From Octopus vulgaris (lineage: Eukaryota), in contig CATOCA020000001.1 of assembly GCA_951406725.2 (NCBI GenBank), positions 682,001-746,000 on the forward strand: a stretch of 64,000 nt of DNA. Reading direction: 5' to 3'. Below the pieces are notes generated by a model that ran no database searches, was not told the DNA's origin, and worked only from the letters and a program-made list of their open reading frames with translations. This document shows, one piece after another, positions 13,922 to 28,090 of the stretch. Every line of letters starts with the position of its first letter. Position 1 is the stretch's first letter. Made by a program: the position numbers and the translations under genes.

Positions 13922-14172
13922 CGATAACGATGATGATGATGATGATGATGATGATGACGATGATGATGACGATAACGATGATGATGATGATGATGACGAT
14001 GATGATGATGATGACGATGATGACGATGATGACGATGACGATGATGATGATGATGTGCGACTCATAGCTGTTGTTGATGATGATGATGACGATGATGATG
14101 ACGATGACGATGACGATGATTATGATGATGACGATGATGATGACGACGATGACGATGACGATGATGATGATG
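13280..14172. repeat. (GAT/GAC)n array punctuated by a conserved 21-bp spacer (higher-order minisatellite)
   Basis: GTGCAACTCATAGCTGTTGTT recurs about 7 times between GAT runs. Confidence 0.9.
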
Positions 14173-14384
14173 CTGTCGCAGTTGTTGCCGCGCCATTCTT
14201 TGCTCTTTTACTCGTAAGACCATTCTCGTCCAAATCTTTCTTCTCTTTCTTCGATTTTTACCAGTGTTGCAATTATTGTTGTTGTTGTTGCTGTTGTTGT
14301 TGTTGTTGTTGTTCTCCCTGTTGTTGTTGGTTCATTCCTCTTTCCCACCTCTTGCTCAAACCACTTTCCATTCCTGTTCATTTA

Positions 14385-14388
14385 TTAC

Positions 14389-14461
<73 letters not shown>

Positions 14462-14468
14462 ATTATTA

Positions 14469-14506
<38 letters not shown>

Positions 14507-14551
14507 ATTATTATCATTATTATTATTATTATTATTATCATCATTATTATA

Positions 14552-14595
<44 letters not shown>

Positions 14596-14605
14596 CATTA
14601 TTATA

Positions 14606-14674
<69 letters not shown>

Positions 14675-14830
14675 ATTATTATTATTATTATCATTATTAT
14701 AATTATTATTATTATTATTATTATTATCATTATTATAATTATTATTATTATTATTATTATTATCATCATCATTATTATTATAATTATTATTATTATTATA
14801 ATTATTGTTATTATAATTATAATTATTATT
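14385..14830. repeat. (ATT)n microsatellite; a larger compound (ATT/CAT)n field lies at ~25410-27095
   Basis: Directly visible. Confidence 0.95.
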
Positions 14831-15687
14831 GGTTCATTTTTTTATTATTTTTGTCATTGTTTTTATCATTATTATTGGGTATTTTTTCATTTCTTTCTAT
14901 TGTACCTTTTATTTTTCATCTTTTTGTCCTTTTTTTCCTCTAACTTTTCCATCATGGGAGAAAGGGGAGTGTCATAATTCTTTACAGGGGTCTCTAAAAC
15001 CAGAAAGAGAGAGAGAGATATAGTGAAAGAGAGAGAGAGAGAAAAGAAGAGAGAGAGGTGGGGAGGAAGGAATGTGTCATCTAACCAGAAACCCCCGCTC
15101 GAAATGCTTAAAATAGATTAGATTCCGATAAAGACACCCAAAGGACCAAGTGCTGAAAATAAACAAGGAGATCAGATAAAATACACCATCCAACTAAACC
15201 ATGGAGGAATTTGAACCCAGAAAGCAAACATCCTTAACAAATAACCACAAGGCACCTGCCATCTGATGCTCTACTGATTCTGTCAATCCACCACTGTTGA
15301 AAAGTGCTTTGTTTATCGACCCTGTAACGATGTAAGTCAAAGCTGCCCTCGGCCGGGTTTGAACTCGCAATGTAAGCTGTTGGAATTGTTGTTGACAAAA
15401 ACTTTTGTTGTTGTTGTTTTTATTGTTTTTCTTGTAATTCTGGTTTTTGTCTTTTCTTGCTTGATCTCCTTTTGTTTTGTTTGTTTACTGTTTCTGTTGT
15501 TTTTCTCACCGTTCTCGTAGCCATTCTTGTAGTTATTATTTTTATTGTTACTCACTATTTTTACACGATTCAGTCCCACTCTAAATGATCTGTGTTGTCT
15601 CCTACTATCCCTAGTATTTTACATAAATCCCACCAGTGGTTAATAAACAAAGGTTATTATAATCATTATCATTATTATTATTATTAT

Positions 15688-16035
15688 TTTTCTGAAAGGT
15701 GGGTGAATTGTGCGTGAATGGCCAGTATAAATGGACCAGTTCTCAGGTTTCGCCTGTGATTCAAAAAGGTAAAATGAAAGGAGAAAAGGGACTCTCTACC
15801 CCACTTTTTGACCAGGCTCCCGTTGGCTTTTATGGGGTTTTTTCCACCAGAAACCTTTTGAAGCGCCTCCCCCTATTGGGAGTTTTTAATTGTTACAATC
15901 TTTCGTTGTTAAACTGTTTTTACATGATTTTTTTTCACAAACGGACAAAACCCTTTGTAACCTTTCGTCCTGTTTTGTCCCTTTATGTTTTCTAATCATG
16001 TGTGTCAGCCCTTGTGGCCAATAAAAAAGAATTAA
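15688..16035 (+). mobile_element. Tx1/L1-clade LINE 3' end flanked by (ATT)n on both sides
   Basis: Translates to FSERWVNCA*MASINGPVLRFRL*, homologous to the ORF ends at 17618-17778 and 46313-46660. The 3' end reads GCCCTTGTGGCCAATAAA then (ATT)n. Confidence 0.65.
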
Positions 16036-16062
16036 TTATTATTATTATTATTATTATCATCA

Positions 16063-16132
<70 letters not shown>

Positions 16133-16436
16133 CACTATTAAGGTGGCAAGCTGGCTGAATCGTTAGCACGGTGGGCAAAATGCTAAGTGGCATTTCATCG
16201 ATCTTTACGTACTGAGTTCAAATCCCACTGAAGTCGACATTACTTTTCATCCTTTCGGGGTCGATAAATTAAGTACCAGTGAAACACTGGGGTCAATGTA
16301 ATCGACAATACCCCGCCCCCAAATTTCAGCCCTTTTGCCTATAGTAGAAAGGATAATGATAATGATTATTATTATTATTATTATTATTTTTATTATCATC
16401 ATCATCATCATCATCATTATCATCATTATTATTATT

Positions 16437-16733
16437 GCTTTGCACAGCTTCTAACGCTGGAGATGTACTACGGTGTCAGCTGTTCACTACCAGTGATCTA
16501 AGGTAACACCTCCTATTTTTCAAGCACCCTCCAGAGTATTCGAGCAGTTCTAAGCAGTGCTGTTTTCTGCAAGTGCTCCACCCTTATTGCAGCCCCTATT
16601 TGTTCCATGTACTTCTCAAGATTTTTACTCACTTTTCCCAGGGGCTCCAACAATTATTGGTACTACGGCTACCTTTTTCCTCAACCACAACTGCTCAACT
16701 TCCCAAGCTAACCTGTCATATCTCTCAACTTCT
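16437..16733 (-). mobile_element. R4/Dong (Rex6-like) non-LTR retrotransposon 3' fragment inside (TAA)n
   Basis: Minus strand reads KVERYDRLAWEVEQLW..KKVAVVPIIVGA /frameshift/ GKVSKNLEKYMEQIGAAIRVEHLQKTALLRTARILWRVLEK*. This is the typical C-terminus after the restriction-like endonuclease of R4-clade elements. TAA repeats lie on both flanks. Confidence 0.85.
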
Positions 16734-16747
16734 CATTATTATTTTTA

Positions 16748-16817
<70 letters not shown>

Positions 16818-17185
16818 AGCAGTGAGCTGGCAGAATCATTAGCATACCGGGTGAAATGCTTAGCAACATCTTTATGTTCTGAGTTCAAATTCTGCTGTGG
16901 CCGACTTTGCCTTTCATCCTTTCAGGGTCGGTAAAATAGATACCAGTGAAACACTGGGGACCAATGTAATCGACTTAACCCCTCTCCCAAAATTTCAAGT
17001 CTTGTGCCTATACTCTTTACTCTTTTACTTGTTTCAGTCATTTGACTGTGGCCACGGTGGAGCAAATCGACTCCAGGACTTATTCTTTGTAAGCCCAGTA
17101 CCTATTCTGTCAGTCTCTTCTGCTGAACCGCTAGATTACAGCGATTAAAACACACAGATACACAAACATAGATACACAAACATAT

Positions 17186-17238
<53 letters not shown>

Positions 17239-17278
17239 ACATTACCCCCTTTGATGTTTGGGAATCTCGGATGTTTTT

Positions 17279-17363
17279 TCGGCTGATGAGTACGAGTCAT
17301 CTATATTTACTGCAATTTTTGTAGCCTTATTAAAGATGTCTTCGTACGAAACAATTGTACCGA
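17279..17363 (+). ncRNA. Type I hammerhead ribozyme motif (Penelope-associated type), catalytic core intact
   Basis: Stem I TCGG/CCGA; CTGATGA at 17283-17289; stem II GTACGA...TCGTAC, extendable by CATCT/AGATG; GAAA at 17348-17351; palindromic stem III ACAATTGT; GUA triplet with predicted cleavage after 17359. Confidence 0.8.
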
Positions 17364-17617
17364 TATATTGATCCATTCTTGTTGCTTTTTTCGTATTTGT
17401 AATTACCCCACTTTGTCATATGGTTAACACCATATAGATTTATATATATATACGACGGGCTTCTTTCAGTTTCTGTCTACCAAATCCACTCACAAGGCTT
17501 TGGTCGGCCCGAGGCTATAGTAGAAGACACTTGCCCAAGGTGCCACGCAGTGGGACTGAACCCGGAACCATGTGGTTGGTAAGCAAGCTACTTACCACAC
17601 AGCCGCTCCTACGCCTA

Positions 17618-18140
17618 GTAAGAAAGGATTAATATTCATCAACTTTTTCAAGTTCCACTCAAAAAGGAAGCTGAGGATGGAGAGGGATGTGTTGCCTTGT
17701 GGCAAATTTGCTGAAAGATGGCTGAATGTTGGAAGAAAGGCCAGTGTGAAAGGACCAATTCTGAGCGTGCACCTGTAGAAAGAAGAAGGGCTCTTACTCT
17801 GCTGTTCAAGCACTTATGACTTTTGTGGATTTTCATGAGGCCCTTAATGCGCCTCCCCTATTGGGAGTTTTAAATTGTTTAATTTTTATTGTTATATATA
17901 TTGTTTACACGTTGTAAAACTCATTCTATCATCAAGGCACAAGACTTGAAATTTTGGGAGAGGGGTTAAGTCGATTACATTGGCCCCCAGTGTTTCACTG
18001 GTATCTATTTTACCGACCCTGAAAGGATGAAAGGCAAAGTCGGCCACAGCAGAATTTGAACTCAGAACCTAAAGATGTTGTTGTTTGTATTTTAATGTAA
18101 TTTTATGTAAGCCCTTGTGGCCAATAAACGAATTAATAAT
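17618..18140 (+). mobile_element. Tx1/L1-clade LINE 3' end, interrupted by an inverted SINE fragment
   Basis: FINFFKFHSKRKLRMERDVLPCGKFAERWLNVGRKASVKGPILSVHL* aligns by eye to 46313-46660. The 3' end reads GCCCTTGTGGCCAATAAA then (ATT)-rich sequence. Confidence 0.7.
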
Positions 18141-18402
18141 TATTATTGTTATTGTTGTTGTTGTTGTTGTTGTTAGTGCTAGTGCACTGGGAAAGATACT
18201 TAGCAGCATTTTGTCCCTCCTTTATGTTCTGAATTCAAGTGCCACCAGGGTTGACTTCGTCTTTCATCCTTTTTGGGGTCAATAAAATAAGTACCAGGTC
18301 AATGTAATTGACTGGGGTCAGCGTAATCGACTTAACACCTTCCCCAAAATTGCTGGCCTTGTGCCAAAATTTGAAACCATTATCATTATTATTGTTGTTG
18401 TT

Positions 18403-19175
18403 TAAGGCGGTGAGCTGGCAGAATTGTTAGCACGCCGGGAAAAATGCTTACCAGTATTTCGTCTGTCTTTACGTTCTTAGTTCAAATTCCACCGAGGTTG
18501 ACTTTGCCTTTCATCCTTTCAGGGTCAATAAATTAAGTACCAGTTGTGTGCTGGGATCGATCTAATCGACTAGCCCTCTTCTCCAAAAATTTCAGGCCTT
18601 GTGCCTAAAGTGGGAAAGAATCGTGAGCACACCAGGCAAAATGCTTGGCCATATTTCGCCCATGTTCCCATATTCACATTCTGGTTTAAAACTCCACTGA
18701 GGGTAGCTTTGCCTTTCGTCCTTTCAGGGTCGATAAATTAAGTACCAGTTGCATACTGGGGTCGATCTAATCGACTGGCCTTCTTCTCCGAAAATTTCAG
18801 GCCTTGTGCCTAAAGCAGAAAAGAATTGTTAGCACACCAGGCAAAAATGCTTGGCCGTATTTTGCCCATGTTCACATTCTGGGTTCAAATTTCACTGAAG
18901 GCAGCTTTGCCTTTCATCCTTTCGGGGTCGCAGCCCTCTTCTCCAAAAATTTCAGGCCTTGTGCCTAAAGTAGAAAAGAATCGTTAGCACACCAGGCAAA
19001 AATGCTTGGCCGTATTTCACCCATGTTCATGTTCTGGGTTCAAATTCCACTGAGGGCAGCCTTGCCTTTCATCCTTTCAGGGTCGATAAATTAAGGACCA
19101 GCTGAGTACTGGGATCAATGTAATTGACTATTCCCCTCCCCAAAATTTTAGGCTTGACCCTATAGAAGAAAGGAT
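18403..19175 (+). repeat. Tandem array of family B SINE bodies (about 4 units)
   Basis: Repeated TTAGCACACCAGGCAAAA...CTTTCATCCTTTC(A/G)GGGTCG...CAGGCCTTGTGCCTAAAG. Confidence 0.85.
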
Positions 19176-19846
19176 TGTTGTAGTTGTTGTTAACACAATG
19201 AGCAAATAGAATTGGACAAAATGCTTTGTGGTATTTCTTCGATCTTTGCATTCTGAGTTCAAACTCCACCAAGGTCACCATCTGCCTGAAATCCTTTCGG
19301 GGGCGGGGTCGATAAGGTAATGCACCGGTGAAGTACTGGGGGGGGGGGGTCGATGTAAACAACTTAAAACCCACAGGCCTTCTCAAACTTGCAGGCGTTG
19401 TGCAAGAATTATTAAAAAAAAAAACAGCTGTTGTTGTTATTGTTATTGTTGTTGATGTTCCCAGGGTGTTGCATCAAGCTCGTTAGACCTCTACGTTGTT
19501 TCTGATCCCACCCACCCCTTACCAACCTCAAGACCACAGTACCAGAAATACAACAAGCTGTGTAACACCATCCTTGTTGTTATCATTGTTGTTGTTGTTC
19601 TTCTTCTTCTTGTTATAATTGTTGTAGTTGTTTTAAGTTATTCGTGTTTTCCCATTGTCGTCGCCCTCGTTCCGCTTCTCCTACTCCTTCTCCTCCTTCT
19701 TTCTTCTTCCTCCTCCTCTTCCTCCTCCTCCTCCTCTTCCTCTCCTCTTCCTCTCCTCTTCCTTCTTCTTCTCCTTCGCTTTCTTCGATCTTCTTCTCCA
19801 CCCCGTAGAGCTCTGCAGCACACACACACACACACACACACCATTC

Positions 19847-19935
19847 ATTGGTCCTTTCCTTTCCTTCACTGCTGCACCTCCTCTCTGCGACGGGCACTAT
19901 AAAATCCACCACACTGCGGCATGGGCCTTTGTTCA
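19847..19935 (+). promoter_or_regulatory. Candidate RNA Pol II core promoter: inverted CCAAT box, TATA box and initiator region
   Basis: ATTGG at 19847-19851, TATAAAA at 19898-19904, and a pyrimidine-rich TTCATCC about 30 nt downstream. The local sequence is unique and CpG-rich, and a splice donor follows ~125 nt later. Confidence 0.6.
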
Positions 19936-20056
19936 TCCTGAGAGCTTCTATAGACCAGGAAGTCCCGCGGTACAAAAGCAAGAAAGAACAACACCTCGAA
20001 CTCATAAACGTGAACCAAATATACAAACCTATTAAGAACCTGTTTTATCAGTTGTG
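19930..20056 (+). other. Putative non-coding exon 1 (5' UTR) of the secreted YPH-rich protein gene
   Basis: No ATG between the inferred TSS and the donor GTG|GTAAGG (GT at 20057). The link to exon 2 is inferred. Confidence 0.5.
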
Positions 20057-20129
20057 GTAAGGAATGATTACATTTTATAAATATATATATATGTATATGT
20101 GTATATATGTATATATATGTATGTATATA

Positions 20130-20162
<33 letters not shown>

Positions 20163-20257
20163 ATATGTATGTATGTATGTATATATATGTATATATGTAT
20201 GTATATATATATGCATGTATGTATATGTATGTATGTATATATATGTATGTATATATG

Positions 20258-20290
<33 letters not shown>

Positions 20291-20380
20291 ATATATATAT
20301 ACATATATATATATACATATATATACATATATATACATACATATATACACACGCACACATATATATATATATTCATATAT

Positions 20381-20414
<34 letters not shown>

Positions 20415-20534
20415 ACATATATATATATTTATATATATATATATATATTTCTTAGTTTTTTTATATGCTAGACCACTGGTGTGAAATTGATGTTAATTAA
20501 ATTAATATCTAATTTCTCACCCTCATTTTAAATT

Positions 20535-20584
<50 letters not shown>

Positions 20585-20655
20585 AATATGTATATATGTA
20601 TGTATATATATATACATATAAATATGTATGAATGTATATATATGTATATATATAT

Positions 20656-20880
20656 TAGGGTGGTGCAAAAGTTTGGATACATAGGCAATTTGTTATATAA
20701 CAATTTATGGTTTACAAGTGTTCTGCGCTTTCTGAAATTCTTGGCTTTTCTGCCATGGCTACCAATCTGAATGACAGGAAAATGAAATTAGATATGATAA
20801 TAATATGATCAAAATCATGCTAAAGATAAGAAATACGTTTTTGTAATTTCTCTATGGGTCCACACTTTTGCACCACCCTG
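20656..20880. mobile_element. Tc1/mariner-type MITE, ~225 bp
   Basis: ~29-bp imperfect TIRs (C/T)AGGGTGGTGCAAAAGT(T/G)TGGA..CATAG in a TA-repeat context. Confidence 0.8.
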
Positions 20881-20976
20881 TATGTGTGTGTGTGTGTGTC
20901 TGTATGTAGATATGTGGGTATGTACATATGTATGTATGTATGTTTTTATACTGGTACATATAATTACATATATATG

Positions 20977-21312
<336 letters not shown>

Positions 21313-21751
21313 TTATATATATATGTATATATATATATATATTCTACTCTTTTACTCTTTTACTTGTTTCAGTCATTTGACTGCGGCCATGCTGGAGCAC
21401 TGCCTTTAGTCGATCAAATCGACCCCGGGACTTATTCTTTGTAAGCCCAGTACTTATTCTATCGGTCTCATTTGCCGAACCGCTAAGTAACGGGGACATA
21501 AACACACCAGCATCGGTTGTCAAGCAATGCTAGAAGGACAAACACAGACACACACAAACACACACACACACACATATATATACATATATACGACGGGCTT
21601 CCTTCAGTTTCCGTCTACCAAATCCACTCACAAGGCTTTGGTCGGCCCGAGGCTATAGTAGAAGACACTTGCCCAATGTGCCACGCAGTGGGACTGAACC
21701 CGGAACCATGTGGTTGGTTAGCAAGCTACTTACCAGACAGCCACTCCTGCG

Positions 21752-21794
<43 letters not shown>

Positions 21795-21982
21795 CCACGT
21801 GGGTATCATCAGCAATTTCCTTCCTCCATCTTCCCTTCTTTGGACTTTTTCCATATTTCTGATGAAGAGCTCCGCTCGAAACATGAAATCCTCTTTCTTT
21901 TCTTCCCTTTCCTGAGCATCCAATAACACAGTACTTGTACCACGTCCTCACACTGTTGTTTCTTCTTGCTTGTTCTTGTTGA

Positions 21983-22063
<81 letters not shown>

Positions 22064-22273
22064 CATATATATGTATATATATATATATATTAAAAAAATA
22101 CTAAATCTCAAGAATAATCAGCTGAAATTGCGATGATAGTTTGGTGCTTGACTGAGGATAGAGGGCTTCGAATGACCCGTCCTTGTATTTTTTGTATCGT
22201 CTATTTGGATGTTTTGTTATCCCTTTCTGTATCACCTAGTTGTCCAGATGTTTTGCATTCTTGTCTCATTTTG

Positions 22274-22305
<32 letters not shown>

Positions 22306-22785
22306 CTAGCAGTATTGCCCAGCGTTACTCGGGTTTGTAAGGAAAATAACTATATAAGCATTTTTAGAGAGTTATAGCCAAACAATAAAAAAATTATGGT
22401 AAATTATGGTAAATTTTTTAAATCATTGACTCATCGTAGACATTTTTAGAGAGTTACTTCCCTTATATAATAGCGAAAAAATGCATTAAAATGGTAAAAA
22501 ATGATGGTAATTTTTTTTTAAATCGTAGACTCATCGTAGACATTTTTTAGAGAGTTACTTCCCTTATATAATAGCGAAAAAATGCATTAAAAGGGAAAAA
22601 AATGATGGTAAATTTTTTTAAAATCGTAGACTCATCGTAGATGCGCGCTAATACCCAGAAGCGCTCGATATGAATCACGACTATAAGATAGCCGGTTTTG
22701 GTTAAACTGCACCGCAAAATGTGGGAGTAGTTAGGAATCTAAATCGTAGGAGACACACACAAAACTTGACTTTTATATATAAAGA
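22306..22785 (-). mobile_element. Complete non-autonomous Helitron (480 bp) with internal ~95-100-bp tandem repeats
   Basis: Minus strand A|TC...CTAG|T with no TSD; subterminal hairpin CCCGAGTAACGCTGGG just before CTAG; internal repeat CATTTTTAGAGAGTTA...ACTCATCGTAGA about 3 times. Confidence 0.8.
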
Positions 22786-23439
22786 TATGTAGAAAGTTGA
22801 TTGTTATGACCAGTCAGAGAGTGACCACTCGATGCTCAGTAGCCAATGGTTTTGTTAATAAGTGCATGTCTCCCAGCCACAGTCCTGATTCAATGCATCT
22901 TGAAGTTGGAGATACTAAAACTGTTTGAAAGACCATTGGGTAGAACATACCTATGATTCAAAAGTTGCAGATTTGCCATATATTATGAGACACTGATTCC
23001 AATGGAGAATTAGGCATAGGGTATTTGTGCGTCTATGGAATACTCAGCCAGTTAAAGTCAGAGTCAATGAGCAGATGGTTCAGTTAAGTAAACAACTGGA
23101 CATTCATTATTGAAATTTACAGAGAACAATTTTTAGTGTATATGTATGTAGACAGATGTGTATACAAGCATAGATACAGTGTATGCTTGTATATGTACGG
23201 CCTTTTTATTATGATTTAAGCTGGTCACATACACATACAAACATATATATATATGAATCTATATGTAATATGTATATGTATGTATGTATAAATATATATA
23301 TATATATATATATATCATACCTAAAAAGGTCTTTTTTAACATACTGACTACTTGGTAAAATTATTAATTAATTAATTAATTAATTTTACACTATATATAT
23401 ATGTCTATGTATATTTGCATGTACATTTTTTCATCAGAT

Positions 23440-23604
23440 TTAGACACACACACACGCACACACACATACACACACACACACAAACACACATGCACATACA
23501 CACATTTATAGCTATGTCTATATATGCATGCATAAAAACATATATACATAGACACGTAAATATATTGATATATATATATTTACACACGCATAAATATATG
23601 CATA

Positions 23605-23652
<48 letters not shown>

Positions 23653-23750
23653 GCTATGTCTATATATGCATGCATAAAAACATATATACATAGACACATA
23701 AATATATTGATATATATATATATATTTACACACGCATAAATATATGCATA

Positions 23751-23800
<50 letters not shown>

Positions 23801-23894
23801 GCTATGTCTATATATGCATGCATAAAAACATATATACATAGACACATAAATATATTGATATATATATATATATTTACACACGCATAAATATATG

Positions 23895-23935
<41 letters not shown>
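23440..23935. repeat. Compound minisatellite, ~130-140-bp unit x3; a similar compound repeat lies at ~29520-29995
   Basis: ATAGCTATGTCTATATATGCATGCATAAAAAC recurs between CA and TA tracts. Confidence 0.85.
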
Positions 23936-24157
23936 TCATATACCAATTAAATAATTTGCATCACAGAAGCAAAGGCATACAGTAACAGAAAAATTTTTTT
24001 TATTCTCTTGTTCTTTTATATGTCTCAGCCTTGAGGGTTTGGCCATGCTGGGGCACTGCAAAATAAAATTCAAAATTATATTTTTCTTTTATTTATTTAT
24101 TGTTTTCAATTCATCAATTCAGCCAGTCATATACTGTGATGTATATATTATAGCATT

Positions 24158-24618
<461 letters not shown>

Positions 24619-25451
24619 TATAAAATTTTTTTTTAAATACAAAGATCAAACAAAAAAAAACAACAACACCAGGACATGGTATTGCCAAAGTATTAGCAGA
24701 CGCTCAGGGAAGGAAAGAAACTTTGCTTTATATTTCGAGCAAATGTATATATTCACATTTGGCGCAGGATTGGCTGTGTGGTTCCGGGTTCAGTCCCACT
24801 GCGTGGCATCTTGGGCAAGTGTCTTCTGCTATAGCCCCGGGCCGACCAATGCCTTGTGAGTGGATTTGGTAGACGGAAACTGAAAGAAGCCTGTCATATA
24901 TATGTATATATGTGTGTGTCTGTGTGTCTGTGTTTGTCCCCCTAGCATTTCTTGACAACCGATGCTGGTGTGTTTACATACCCGTCACTTAGCGGTTCGG
25001 CAAAAGAGACTGATAGAATAAGTACTGGGCTTACAAAGAATAAGTCCCGGGGTCGATTTGCTCGACTAAAAGGCGTTGCTCCAGCATGGCCGCAGTCAAA
25101 TGACTGAAACAAGTAAAAGGGTAAGAGAGTAAAAGAGTAAAAAAGTATGCATGCATATGGATGTATGTAAAAATATGAAAATATATAGTTAAAAAATATT
25201 TATATATACAAATATTATTATAAGTATATACACACACACACACATGCACACACAACACGCATGCACACACACACATATACACCCAGAATTTAGCATATAT
25301 GATTTTAGTGCCATGCAATTTATTTTAGATATTTTTATGATGCCTTCATCTATTGTATAGCTGGTATGCATTTCATTCATATAGTACACTTTACGTGTGT
25401 ATGCATATATTATTATTAATAATAATAGCATTATTATTATTATTATTATCA

Positions 25452-25488
<37 letters not shown>

Positions 25489-25506
25489 AATATTATTATT
25501 ATATCA

Positions 25507-25713
<207 letters not shown>

Positions 25714-25718
25714 TATTA

Positions 25719-25776
<58 letters not shown>

Positions 25777-25778
25777 CA

Positions 25779-25820
<42 letters not shown>

Positions 25821-25822
25821 CA

Positions 25823-26104
<282 letters not shown>

Positions 26105-26130
26105 CATCATCATTATCATTATCATCATCA

Positions 26131-26231
<101 letters not shown>

Positions 26232-26274
26232 AATATTATTATTATTATCATTATTATTATTATTATTATTATTA

Positions 26275-26374
<100 letters not shown>

Positions 26375-26410
26375 CATCATCATCATCATCATTATTATTA
26401 TTATCATTAA

Positions 26411-26449
<39 letters not shown>

Positions 26450-26493
26450 CATTATTATTAATTATTATTATTATTATTATTATTATTATAATA

Positions 26494-26561
<68 letters not shown>

Positions 26562-26726
26562 GTGGCACGTAAAAAGCACCCACTACACTCACGGAGTGGT
26601 TGGCGTTAGGAAGGGCATCCAGCCGTAGAAACACTGCCAAATCTGACTGGGCCTGATGAAGACTTCCGGCTTCACAGACCCCAGTTAAACCGTCCAACCC
26701 ATGCTAGCATGGAAAACGGACGCTAA

Positions 26727-26762
<36 letters not shown>

Positions 26763-27035
26763 ACTATTATTACTATTATTATTATCATTATTATTATTAT
26801 TATCATTATTATTATTGCTATTATTACTATTATTATTATTATCATTATTACGATTATTATTATTATCATTAATTATTATTATTATTATTATTATTATTAT
26901 TGCTATTATTACTATTATTATTATTATCATTATTACGATTATTATTATTATTATCATTATTATTATTGCTATTATTACTATTATTATTATTATCATTATT
27001 ACAATTATTATTATTATCATTATTATTATCATTAT

Positions 27036-27072
<37 letters not shown>

Positions 27073-27235
27073 TTCATTATTATTATTATTAATATCTTAT
27101 AGGATTCAGGTAACTCCTCCTGCAGGTACACAGAAACAAAAATAAGAAGAGTGCCATTGTTATCACGTCAACGATATTTCTGCTTCTAGAGTGCCTTCCA
27201 CGGGTTAAAAAAATAACCTTGCCAATCTACTTCAT

Positions 27236-27285
27236 TGGGTACAACGTATGTTTCGACCAGTTCTGGGTCTCTTCAGGCACATCAA
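27236..27285 (-). ncRNA. Type I hammerhead ribozyme motif on the minus strand
   Basis: Minus strand GTGC-CTGAAGA-GACC-CAGAACT-GGTC-GAAA-C-ATAC-GTT-GTAC. Stem I is GUGC/GUAC (extended by AUUG/CAAU), stem II is GACC/GGUC, and the triplet is GUU. Confidence 0.7.
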
Positions 27286-27390
27286 TAAAAAGTCGCTAGA
27301 TGCCAAAATATCGTTCACTTGATAACAATGGCACCCTTCTTCTTTTATTATTATTAATAATAATAATAATAATGATAATAATAATAATAA

Positions 27391-27670
27391 TACTGGAAAC
27401 ATGGGTGGTTCTTTCAACATCCTTAAATAACCCTTATTCAGGGACCGTTAGAGCGGGATGGGCTACTCAACCTGAAGAAAATTCTAACTGGGCCCCACCT
27501 GCAAGGTCATGTGCTGTTTATCTTGATATGAGATCACCATATCGCGCACATATGGTTGTGATGCATGTGCCTGGTGTACCTTTATCAGACGGGTAGTCAT
27601 GATGGGTATATTGGGCTTCGTATATTTTACCCCAGTGTCATTTTGATGGCATGAACTGCTCTCTCACTCA
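27391..27670 (+). mobile_element. Unclassified repeat embedded in (TAA)n; overlaps in sequence with the element at 31550-32910
   Basis: GGAAACATGGGTGGTT..TTCAACATCCTTAAA.AACC.TTATTCA is the reverse complement of the unit start at ~32250-32296. TAA repeats lie on both sides. Confidence 0.55.
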
Positions 27671-27673
27671 ATG

Positions 27674-27745
<72 letters not shown>

Positions 27746-28090
27746 TATAAACAGCAACAATGATATTTTCATTTCGTGAGAATATCTCATGACAAAGATG
27801 TTTTGTTTTTATTTTTAATCTTAATCACAAACTAGTTTCAAATTAATTATGTGCAAGAAAGTCAATCAAAATTAATGCAGTAAATAATTATGTACATAAT
27901 TTGGAAGTAGCAGAATTACTTGTATACAAATTAATTGAACACCCTTCTTCTTTTATACAAATTAATTGAACACCCTTCTTCTTTTATTATTATTAATAAT
28001 AATGATAATAATAATAATATATGTTACATTTTCTGGGGCCTTATATATCTGTTGAAATGTTTGTTTGATGGGTACTGTTTTTTATGTCCA

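Noticed and set aside
13440-14080. CRISPR-like pattern of a 21-bp repeat with intervening sequence
   Set aside because: The intervening sequences are GAT microsatellite rather than unique spacers; the context is eukaryotic and there are no cas genes.
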